A stretch of DNA of 21,868 nucleotides from Ginkgo biloba (lineage: Eukaryota > Plantae > Ginkgophyta), in assembly GCA_024626585.2 (NCBI GenBank), contig JANKJI020000002.1:221124287-221146154 (forward strand), in the 5' to 3' direction. The stretch's first letter is position 1. Every line of letters starts with the position of its first letter. A model generated the notes under the pieces. That model was not told the origin of the DNA, did no database searches, and saw only the letters and a list, made by a program, of their open reading frames with translations. The translations under genes and the position numbers were made by a program. Below, piece by piece: positions 11,119 to 21,868 of the stretch.

Positions 11119-12594
11119 ATATAAATCGAGATGACGATCAGTAGTGAAGCAAGAAAATGAATAATCAATAAATAAATCATTAATTTTCTTACTATTTTTG
11201 GTACGTCGCTTAGTAGCACATGTATAGGTTAGGCGTCGCTGAATAAAGTGCACCTTTAGCATGTTAATCGATAGCACATTGTTCAAAAGTGCACAAATTT
11301 ATAATGTTCGTAGACTACAAGGCACATATTAATGGGGCATTAATGATGCCAAATTTCTTAACAATCAAATAAAAAATGGAAAAAATGATCTATATGGTGG
11401 ATCTCCAGGCTTGAGGCTACCCCTGATGTGAGAAATCATCATGTTTCTATAGATGAAACGTGAGATTTCTCACTAGCCCTAAAATAAACCTTATGATATA
11501 TAAAAATAAATAAATCAAATTGTAGGGCTATGGGGCCTACCAATAGATCCTCCATCGCAATCTCCCTAAGAAACATAGTTCGTCATCTCTCAAGGCACAT
11601 CAAATGACTAATTGTGACCTCCGATATCCTCTCTCCTCCAATCATCAAGTGAAAATAAAATGTGGGTTCCTTTTCTTTATTTTATATGGTTGACTTTTTC
11701 TATCTTAAAATAAAAAAAGGTGTCTCAATTTCATTTGGCTATGAAAAAGGTTGATTTTATCCTTTTGCATCTTCTTTATCTTATAAAAGAAATATTATTT
11801 ATTTTCTTTAAGGATTACTATTTAATCACCTTTTTTACTATCTCTTTTTAAGTTGCACAAATATGATATCATTATGAATCATTGATGCCTTAACACCATT
11901 CGGTATTACACCCCACTTCCACTTTGTAATTTTATATATATGTGTGTCACATTTTTTTTAAACACAAAAAAAGCCCAAAATGATCAAAAAATGCATTATA
12001 TCCATTTTTGTTTCCTATCACTTACATTAGTTTATGTTCATTCCTTACATAACCCAATGACCCCCATGATTTATAAGGAGAAATAACAGATGAAAACTAA
12101 CTACCTCTCTCACTTTTATAATGTTCACACGATGTCGACCTAGTTAGGAAATGGATTGAAAGGTCACCCTATGAGTTTGAATTCAATAATTTTGGCAAGC
12201 ATTAACCTCCTAAAATGTGGTTGCCTATGTCAGACCATGTTACCATCTTGATTCTTGCAAGTCCCATGTAAAATTTTTAAAGAAAAAGTTCCTTAAAAGT
12301 AACTGGTCTGCTAGACCTTTGAGACATATACATCATAGNNNNNNNNNNNNNNNNNNGTAGTACCCTTACAAAAGAAGGGAGGCTTGATCATGTTTCCATG
12401 CCCTAAAAATTAAAATTAATTATATTTCTATACCTCTGAGGTCTTAAAATTCTAAAATGAGAAAAAATCTAAAGAAAGTCATTAGGATTTAAAATATAAA
12501 AATAAAAGGGCTCTTAAAACACCTAACTTATATTTATATTATCCTTGAGGTCTTAAAACTATAAAATAGGATAAACTCTAAAATAAGTCAAATA
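10939..12594 (+). repeat. Retrotransposon 3' region duplication, copy 1 (~1.65 kb)
   Basis: Collinear with 12695-14275. Long identical blocks include ttgggaggtcaatgagaccctcca, tcatcaagtgaaaataaaatgtggg and atgaaaaaggttgattttatcctttt. Confidence 0.95.
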
Positions 12595-12694
12595 NNNNNN
12601 NNNNNNNNNNNNNNNNNNNNNNNNNNNNNNNNNNNNNNNNNNNNNNNNNNNNNNNNNNNNNNNNNNNNNNNNNNNNNNNNNNNNNNNNNNNNNN

Positions 12695-12874
12695 CTAGTA
12701 CCTAACTAGTTGTCTCATAATCTCCTCATCAAAATTGAATTGGGAGGTCAATGAGACCCTCCATAGATTTCACCTACTAAGGATCCCTCGATCCTCCTCT
12801 CTAAACTATGCCACTAACTCATACATTATGGCACTGACATTCTCTCATTTGCTCACTATAATAAGCTCCTACAT
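12695..12874 (-). pseudogene. 5' fragment of a second PMD pseudogene copy, truncated by an N gap
   Basis: M*ELIIVSK*ENVSAIMYELVA*FREEDRGILSR*NLWRVSLTSQFNFDEEIMRQLVRY* aligns codon for codon with 11118-10939. Confidence 0.78.
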
Positions 12875-14275
12875 ACAAAAATCAAGACGATGATTATTAA
12901 TGAAGCAAAAAATATCAATCAATTAATAAATCAGAAAAAAAGTAATTTTCTCACCTTCAGTGCTTATTATCATGCTCATAGGTTTTGCACCATTGAAAGT
13001 GCACTGATTTATGGCATTTATAGACTACGAGGCATGCATTAATAGCATTAGTTTTTGTACAATTAAAGTAAAAATAAAATAAAAATGATCTATACGGTAG
13101 ATCATTAGGCATGAGGCTACCCCTCTATGAAAAATCATCATATTTCTATAGTTGAAACGTGATATTTCTCACAAACCTTAAAACTAACCCTATGATATGA
13201 CAATTTAAAATTTTTAAATTATAGGGATATGAGGCCTACTAGTAAATCCTCCATAGTGATCTCCTCGCATAATAGAGCTCATTGTCTCTCATAGTGCATC
13301 AAATAGTTAATGATTATCTCTAGTCTCCTCTCTCATTCATTCATCAAGTGAAAATAAAATGTGGGGTACCTTTTTTTTATTTTATATGGTTGACTTTTCC
13401 ATATTAAAATGAAAAGAGGTGTCACAATTTAATTTAAGCACATGAAAAAGGTTGATTTTATCCTTTTACATTTTTTTTATGTAGAAAGGAAATCTTATTT
13501 ATTTTCCTTAAGGATTACTATTTACTCAACTTTNNNNNNNNNNNNNNNNNNNNNNNNNNNNNNNNNNNNNNNNNNNNNNNNNNNNNNNNNNNNNNNGCCA
13601 TCTATCTGATAATTAATTTACAATTTACTATATATACATGTGTATACCTTTTTCTTCATATAAAAAAAATCAAAAAATATTAAAAAATGCATTACATCCA
13701 TTTTTCTTCCATCCCTTGTATTGGTCTGTATGCATCCCTCACATAACGTGATGACCCTCGTGATTCATAAGAAGAAATGACAGACGAAACATGAATACAT
13801 CTCTCTCATTTTCATAATATTCACACAATGTTGACCTAGTCAAAAAATGGATCATGAAATCACCCCATGAGTATGAATCTATGAACCCTAGGAAGTGTTA
13901 GTCTCCTAAGACATAGTTGCCTATGCCATACTATCCTAGTTCCTATAATCCCAATATAAAAATGTCAAAAAAATACCTTAAAAGTAGATAGTCTAATGAA
14001 CCTCTGAGGTATAAACATCACAATTGAGAAAATATTACCCTTACCAAAGAGGAGAAGTTCAATCATATTACCAAGGCCAAATACGCCCAAAAAACTAAAG
14101 TGACTCATGTTCGCATTACCTCTGAGGTCTTAAAAATCCAAAATTAGGAAAAATCTAAAAAATATTGTCAGGGTTTAAAAATTAAAAATAAAAGGCACAT
14201 AAAACACTTGACTTATATTTCTATTACCCCTAAGGTCTTAAAACACCAAAATAAGGGAAAATCTAAAATAAGTCA
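12695..14275 (+). repeat. Retrotransposon 3' region duplication, copy 2
   Basis: Starts at the gap edge with ctagtacctaac, as at 10939. Ends at aaataagtca, as at 12581-12590. Confidence 0.95.
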
Positions 14276-14804
14276 GATGAGCTTGGGCTTGAAGAAGATG
14301 TGACCAATAGGCAAATTGTCTTTTTGAGATCACTGAGTCTCCCTAGATTCACCATTTTCTATAAACCTCAAAATAACTCTCATGGTTCATCAATGACTCT
14401 ATTTGACACTACACTTATCACTTGAATATATAGAGGCAATAAGGGAATTCCTAGCAATTTAATAGTCACATTGGATCATACGGGCTTCCTAAGGGTATGA
14501 CCTTATTAGTGTTGACCAAATATGCCTCATGCTCCATTTTCCAATTCTCACAAATACATTTGTGTTTTACCCTCCTCAATTCCAAATGCATTTATACCTT
14601 ACCATTCTAATAAGGTCATCTTTAGAACTGATCCACTTCATCCATAACTAGCCTCTCCATTAACACTCTTGGTATTCTCATCACCAATAACTATATCATC
14701 TTGAGCATAAGATCCACCTTGAACTTATTAATGTGAGCGTACCTAGAGTTCATTTATATGCACCCAATTCATAGTATCATTCTCCCTCTTAATGAGCAGC
14801 TCTT

Positions 14805-14818
14805 AAGCAGGGGGAAAA
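14805..14818 (+). promoter_or_regulatory. Polypurine tract (plus-strand primer site) of the gypsy element
   Basis: AAGCAGGGGGAAAA is immediately followed by TGTA. This resembles the AGGGGG(C)AAA-TG junction of Tat/Ogre elements and sits downstream of plus-strand pol and the 3' region. Confidence 0.72.
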
Positions 14819-16430
14819 TGTATCATAAAATTGGGATTTTGATCATAAAAGTCATATTTTTATAATGAAAGGCTAGATGTGGCTCTCAAATCAACATTTT
14901 GGGTAGATTAGGTCATCAAAGGAATAATTGAACCTTGTCACACCACATGTGTTCTTTTTTTTTTTTTTTTTATNNNNNNNNNNNNNNNNNNNNNNNNNNN
15001 NNNNNNNNNNNNNNNNNNNNNNNNNNNNNNNTCAAGCTCAAAACTGATCACTAAACCTTTAAAATTGGTCTAAGTCCCTTTTACTTGATTAATGAACCTA
15101 TTGTTCCCCTCATTTTCTCTATTTTTTACTTTTGGGGGTAATGGGGCCTACATTACTTATTCATGTTAAGCATTACTTGTAAGAATTCCCTCTAGAATAA
15201 CTCTACTTAAGACTAGGCTCTTAAGTAGTGTTCTCTATAACTGCATGCCCTTAAGTAGACTTGNNNGGAAAAAAATAAAAAATTCAAAGAATTCCAAATT
15301 CCTTGTTGATTTTCCATATGGATGAGGTCACTTTCATCTCACAATCCCTAAATGCATGAAAATTATGGGTGTAGGGGGGTAATTCATGAGAATTACTCAT
15401 ATACATCTATAAATTGAGCCTAAAAATGGCTTAATAAGAGGAAATTAGATTATGTAGGGTTATGGTGCCAAAATTCCCTTGGAGATATCATCTAGAATCT
15501 CCATCATAGTAAATTTTCATTGATTTTCTAACCCATACCCCGTACTCTTCCTCAATTTGAGTTGCCTACCTTGTTACAACCTCTCTAGGCCTTGTTCTTA
15601 CTAAATTCCTTCTTGTTATTTCCTTGAACTCTTATTCCTAATGATTTCTAATACTTATACCATCATATTGAAGGATTTATATGGCCTCAACAATGCTTTC
15701 TCCCTTCTTAGATCATGATGTTGTATTCGAAATCAAAGGAGGGAGCCAAAGGGAGGTGTGATAGCATTTTTGGTCTTTTAAATTGGTTGTATGACTTTCC
15801 ATTGCCCCATTAGCTCAGGTGTGGTTGTTTTAACTTGTATTTATAGTATTTTTCTCAATTTAAAGCACAACCTAGATTTGAAAATAAAATTTTGAGTATG
15901 AATTTTAGTAAAGTCTAAATTTTCTACTATATTACATTTATTTTCTTAATATTATAGAGGTTTTGCCTATTAGGGTGTTGGTTAGGGTTTCCTATAGCAA
16001 CCCTTGGACACTCCTCTACGAATTTTAATGGGGATGAGATTTATCCCTTCATTGAATTTCATGCCTATTATTATCCTCAATTGACATCAACGTCTATTTG
16101 GGAGGGAGAGGCCATCCTCACTAGTCATTTCCTCCTCTGTTATTAATTAATTACATCTCTTTTTAGGGTGAATTTCTAGTTCCTTAATTTAGTTTCAAAT
16201 TGCTTGCACTTACATCAAAAGAAAATAAAAGAATGCATTCATTCATCCTCATTCACACTTTAGTCATAGCTAAAAATCAAACTTTTCAATTTAATTTTTA
16301 TCTATCACCTTTGTCCCCTTTCATGGTACATGCATATTGCACCTAGGGATCTCACTCCTTAGAGGGATTTCCTTTCCCTTCTCTTTATTTCTTATATGAA
16401 ACACTCTTTTTTTTTGTACTTTTGATAACA
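14819..16430 (+). mobile_element. Probable 3' LTR (~1.6 kb; right end uncertain)
   Basis: Begins TGTATCATAAAA right after the PPT. The candidate end TTTTGATAACA (16430) is an imperfect inverted match. The stretch has no recognisable coding motifs, and no partner LTR is in the window to confirm it. Confidence 0.55.
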
Positions 16431-16961
16431 TAGTGGCTCGTTGTCCTGTTTTTGGCAACATGGTCACTTACTATCCTATTATTGTCAACATAGCATTACC
16501 TTCCCTATTGTTAGTGGAATTCTCTATTTGATATCCTAAAGTAAAATAATATGGGTTTGAGGTGTTATTTTACTTGCTTAATTACTTAAATTTTATTGAA
16601 AGTAAAAAAAATGAATCATATCCTTTACATGTTAAGTTTTTTTTTATGTACATTGGGTTTGCTACTATGATATTCAGTACATCTGATTCGTATTGTCATG
16701 CATCATACATATGATCTATTTTAATACAAAGTTTATATGTTTATTTTTTAAACACATGTTATGAATGGTTACTATTTTATTTCAATTTATATTTCACATG
16801 TTAATGCACATAGCTTCATACATGATTACACAACACTTCATGCATTAAGGTGTGCGAGTAGGGTGTTCTGACCCCATGCTCATGATTGGATTGACTCGTA
16901 AAGGTTTCATGGGAAAGGAAACCATACACTTTCATACAATATACATGTGAATTTAATTATT

Positions 16962-18373
16962 TTATACATAGTATAATTTTAAATATTGAGAATTCATAAA
17001 GTCCTCAAATTTCTTACCATCCAAGGTATCAATGCAATATGTTATGTTCTAAAGGTTTTAGACAATAATATATGGCCCTAACCATGTAGGCATGAACTTC
17101 CTTTTCTTATAAACAATATTATTTAACTTAATCACCTCATCACTTATCATGAATTTATGATGTTTTACTTTCTTTTAATAAGTAATATGACTTCAATTTT
17201 GATACGCTTTAAGGTATTGATAGATAAAGAGCCTCTTCTTGTTAAGTTTCTCAATATCTAATAATCAATTAACCCTCATTATCTTTTTATTAATAAATTA
17301 TTTAGCCTTGATTTATAGAGAAGGAATCTCAATTTTGAGGGGAAGTGTCGCTTATGCACCATATACAATAGCATATGGAGATATACCAATTATAGTATAT
17401 ATAATGGAATNNNNNNNNNNNNNNNNNNNNNNNNNNNNNNGAATTTAGAGTGCTAATCTCAATGAGACTAGTTAACATTTTTCTTCAAAACCTCGAACAT
17501 TATGTTGTTAAAGGCTTAAATTTTACCATTAGACTAAGGATAGTAAGGTGAATAGGTTTGGTGTGTAATCCTCAACTTGTGGTAAGTTCATTAATACAAT
17601 AATTAAAAAATGACTTTCCATTGTCAGTAATGATAGCATTTGGGATGCTAAATTAATATATGATTTGGTCAAAGATGAACATAGTGATTATATGTACATT
17701 AGTGTTATTTAATAGAATAGCCTCCATCCATTGGTAAAATTGTTAGTGGAAGTCAAAATAAACTTATGCTTGTATGAGGATTAAGGGTTCATAACACTTA
17801 TAAGATTAAGGCCCAATTTTAAAAATGGCCATGGAGTAGATATGGACCAAAGGAAATTTATAGGTGCATGATATAGGTTTGAGTTCTCTTGATATTTATG
17901 GAATTAGTACACATACTCATCAATATCCTAAAATATAGTGGACCAATAATAGCCCATTATAAGTACTTTTAGAATAGTGGGTTGATCACCAAAATTCCCA
18001 TAGATGGTTTTGTGATATTTATAGAGAATCTTTTGATATTTTGTAGGGTTAAAACATCGAAGAAAGATGTCATTGAATGATCATTTGTATAAGGTCTTGC
18101 TTGGATAACATAATTGATAGCTATTGTTCAAATCTTATTTTATTATTTCAAATTTAAATTATATCATTGGTTTTCTAAGTATGTAGTTATGTCTTTGTAC
18201 CACTCGTATTTAGATGAAGAATTATTATTAATATGAAGAATGTTTTCACATGAAAAATCATCATCAACCTACTCTTGATCTTTTTTACAGAGTGGGGATT
18301 CAATTCATTATTCAACAATGGCCATTTCTTTTTTGGACTTCTATTTTATGAATTTAAAATCAAATTCCTACAA
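16962..18373 (-). mobile_element. Degenerate non-chromovirus gypsy RNase H end and integrase, related to 7606-9353
   Basis: L*EFDFKFIK*KSKKEMAI..VDDDFSCENIL..EWYKDITTYL; LYK*SFNDIFLRC..MGYYWSTIF*D..TPWPFLKLGLNLI..HKFILTSTNNFT; ITDNGKSF; SPYYP*SNG; GISPYAIVYGA*ATLPLKIEIPSL; KFMPTWLGPY..TLDG..NSQYLKLYYV*, with the stop at 16964-16962. Confidence 0.95.
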
Positions 18374-19059
18374 NNNNNNNNNNNNNNNNNNNNNNNNNNN
18401 NNNNNNNNNNNNNNNNNNNNNNNNNNNNNNNNNNNNNNNNNNNNNNNNNNNNNNNNNNNNNNNNNNNNNNNNNCGGCGCTGTGACAAAGGTAAATTGAAG
18501 AATTGACTAGTCGCAAAGAAATGAGATATCGTAAGGAATTGCCAAGTAAGCAACTAGAAGTAAGTATGTTTGGGAATGAAAATAATTTGATACTAGAATC
18601 AAAATAAGGTAATATATTCATATACTTGAATGGTAACAAAGAATCTTCCATAAGGAAACATTAGATTGATGACATCATTCTCCAATTACTTGAATAAGGA
18701 AGTCAAAGTTGGAAGAAATTACTCACAAGGAAATATAAAATACAAGAGAATTGTTGAAACATGTATATTGTAGTAATGATAGAAAGGATAAAAAATAGAT
18801 AAGTGTGCCACACCTAATACCAATATAGTTAAGGATTTATGCAATATTTTTAAGAAGAATCAAGAGAATATTCTTTATAAAAGAAAAGAGTATCAAAGAT
18901 ATGAGGGTCAAATAAAGACTCTATCACTTCGAAGTCAACTAAAAATTCTTAGAACTATGTGACCTAAACCTATGACCTTAGGAAGCATGCGAAAATGCTA
19001 TTCAGTCGCAATAATTGGCTACATGTGAAGAAGAGGGAAAAGAATGATTTATAGAGAAA

Positions 19060-19980
19060 ATAAACCAACTTTCTAAGGAGGGATTTTATTTCCTTATTAT
19101 TTCTAGGAGGTGGCATATCATTAATGCTTTTTACCATGCTAAGATCAATATTGAATGTATATTAAATTTCTTGGGAGTTTTCTATTAGTCATGACGAAGG
19201 CACATTTTAGAGGGTTAAGCATAATGCAATATTTTTTAGACATCTCAAATATGATACAAATATTAGGAAAGTATTTGGTTTATTTTTTAGATCATCGTAA
19301 AATATCATTAATGTATGCTTGAACAATTTTATTGATAAGCTCATGAAACACGAAAATCATGGCCCATTACTATGTGGCTCTAGAATGTTTAACACCAAAA
19401 GGCTTGATCTTATAGGCAAAAGTAACCTAAAGAGTAGCAAAGGAAGTTTTATGGGGAATTTTGAGGTGATAAAGTTCTAGTTGTAACCAAAAAAAATATC
19501 CATAAGAGGCATGACCTCAAAAGTAGTCATTTGGTCGAGGACTTGATCAATTAATGGTAAAGGGGAGTTATCTTTTGAGGAAGCTTCATTGAAATTTAAA
19601 AATTCAATGTAAACATGTAACAAGACATTTTTCTTTATAAATTGCATAATGTTCAATACCCATTGAGGATTGTCAATGGGTGTTATGAATTTTATGTTTA
19701 TTGAATTTTTAATCTCTTGCTTCATGACTATAAAAAAATTTGGGTGTAGGGGTCGTTGCTTTTTCTTAACTAGTTTAGTACTAAGTGTAATGACATTTTT
19801 ATAGAAAATGACATCAAGATCTAATCCTTTTATATTAGTAAATTCCCATATGACTACATCCAAAAATTCACAACACAATTATATGTATTTCTCTATTTTA
19901 GATTATTAGCAACTATCCCCAAGCTTAATAATTTTAGAGGTGGCCCAATATCGATGTCTATGTTAATGGTGGGCTTTGCC
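19060..19980 (-). mobile_element. Degenerate non-chromovirus gypsy reverse transcriptase
   Basis: Track ORF 19477..19878 (EFLDVVIW..KQEIK..PQWVLN..KKN..KDNSPLPLIDQVL..MDIFFGYN) continues through stops as HKTSFATL*VTFAYKIKPFGVK..FHELINKIVQAYINDIL, then LNPLKCAF and MPPPRNNKEIKSLL. The YxDD motif has decayed to YIND at 19315-19304. Confidence 0.95.
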
Positions 19981-21568
19981 AACATGGAATTGCCTTCTTT
20001 AAAATGATCCAAGGAATGAGGAATCTTGTCTGGAGTTATAATATCCAAGACAATATTAATCATATTAGAGGATAATTTTTTTTATGATGCATCCTCTTTT
20101 GTCAAAATTTGAGGTGATTGAGAGGGATTTTGATTGTCCTTAGTAGGGTTCATCTAATTATGAATGACATGAATCATATTAATATGATAAACTTATGAGT
20201 GGATCAAAAGTAGATATTCTTCTTCTGAAATAAAAATATGTCCAAGATATTATTCCTCAATAAAAAGATATTGATCAAGACCTAGAGGGATTACATATTT
20301 TATTAATGATTTGTCTATAACATCGTCACTTGTATCAAAAGTAATGTATACATAAGTGTTGCACGTGGAACCCCACCCATCCTTGATTTTTTTGGTGGTA
20401 GTTGATGTGGCATCCTAGTGGTGGGTCAATATTGTATTATAGCTTTAGTGTTGCCCAGGCCTTCCACTTGGTTGTCCATGGGGGCTTTTTCATTCCTTGT
20501 CATTTATCTTTAATTTATTGAGATAACGCCTCTTTATGTTAGATTTTTATTGTTGTTTTTAATGGGTTGCATCTATGGTGTTGGAGCAACCCTTTTTATG
20601 AAATAATTTATTATTGTAATATGTATTTGTGAACTACATATGGCTCTAGATGTGGTGAGATGCCTCTTTAAGTGTTTGTAATATTTTATCATTAATGTAA
20701 TGAAGCCACCCTTGCAAGGCGCCTCACCTTCTTCAAATCAAACTCTCATCAACTTTAATGCATATTTGAAGGAGAAGGTTGGAATCTTAGAGTTAAAGTG
20801 TGGCGCATGAAGGTGAGTAGTGGACACCAAGGAGAGAGGAGAATTTTTTTGGAAGAAAAGGAGTTGCAAGGATAACAAGAGCGTCAATCCCTAGTTTTGG
20901 TTTTTAGAGCATTGAGGAGGGCTTGATTTTTGGAAGTCCTCATTTATTTTCTGCATGGAGGATTGATTTTTGGTAAGGATGTTAGCTCTAGGTTATGTCA
21001 TACAGCGTTGGAGACTTTCGTTGGAGATAACAGCCTTGTGAAAGAGGTAGATTATAGCTTTGTCTTGGTTGGTTTCCATCCAACCATGCACCCTTCCCTT
21101 TCTTTGTTGTAAGGAATTTGATCATTTCAATCATTTATAAATGCCATGGCAATTATGTGATATACCTAATCTCTTGTATCATTTGAATAATTATTTTTCT
21201 TTTGGCAATAAATCATCGATTGGTGTGGTGTTCTCATGTATTTTCTCACCTTCTACATCATCATTTCTCTGGTTGGCTGTGTGAAATCCCGTCATGCTAT
21301 GTGATGAACATTATAAAAATATATGAACAACCCCCTAACTGTTTGCGCTCTAGAGTTTTATTAGATTATTAGTGTTCTTCATTTGTTTGAGGCATGGGTG
21401 TTTCCATCTATCCTTCTCTTGTTCTCTACGGGTCCTCCTAGTTGTAAAACGTTAGCCCTTGTTCCCTTTTGACGTCTTTTTTTCTCCCTGTCATTGATGC
21501 TCTCCTCCGCATCCCCTTTGCCATTATGTGTTTTCCCTTCCTTGATGTGCCCCTCGCTTGGCCATAGG

Positions 21569-21591
21569 CTATGAGGTCTATGAGGTCTATG
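21569..21591. repeat. Short tandem repeat (CTATGAGGT)x2.5
   Basis: ctatgaggt ctatgaggt ctatg is read directly. Confidence 0.6.
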
Positions 21592-21868
21592 CTTTTAGGA
21601 AGGAGATTTGTTTCTCCTCTTTCATAGTAAATTCAAATATATGAGAGGAAATCTCAAGACATAGTGGCTTGGCCCCTATGTCTTGGCCCAACAACATGAG
21701 AATGGATTTTCCAGTTTAGCAAAGTTGTCTATGGAGGTTATTTTAGATCGGGTTAACAACTCTTAACTAAAATTATTCATAACATAAAATTTTATCAAGG
21801 TCGCATAATTGTACCATATTATAAATAGTCACAAGGAATGGTTGTATTACTGAGGAAGGCCATTTCCT

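Noticed and set aside
16431-16450. tagtggctcg as a primer-binding site after the LTR
   Set aside because: I could not identify tRNA complementarity, and it lies within a local degenerate repeat.
20700-20775. G-patch-like reading KYALKLMRV*FEEGEAPCKG on the minus strand
   Set aside because: The conserved glycines are missing, and another frame gives an equally plausible alternative reading.

Overview
AT-rich, CpG-depleted plant intergenic DNA from a gappy scaffold (13 N-runs, six of them exactly 100 N). A large gymnosperm-like genome is my inference from protein motifs. No intact gene is present. The window is a nest of decayed Ty3/gypsy LTR retrotransposons. (1) A chromovirus-type pol remnant (RT end, RNase H, integrase) lies on the minus strand at 1-1715. 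(2) A non-chromovirus (Tat/Ogre/Athila-branch) RNase H-integrase remnant lies on the plus strand at 7606-9353. It is followed by an antisense plant-mobile-domain (PMD) pseudogene at about 10300-11118, a diverged ~1.6 kb duplication that includes the PMD 5' end, a polypurine tract and a probable 3' LTR starting at 14819. (3) A related element lies on the minus strand (RT about 19060-19980; RNase H end and integrase 16962-18373), interrupted by unrelated sequence. The window also holds a ~660 bp diverged direct repeat pair, a 21-bp minisatellite and a 64-bp segment with LTR-like inverted ends. Most supplied ORFs are N-gap artefacts or off-frame. The real coding remnants were found by manual translation through stop codons. 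I see no evidence of a wholly new system; the most notable items are the antisense PMD cargo and the aRH-less RNase H-integrase junction shared by two copies.
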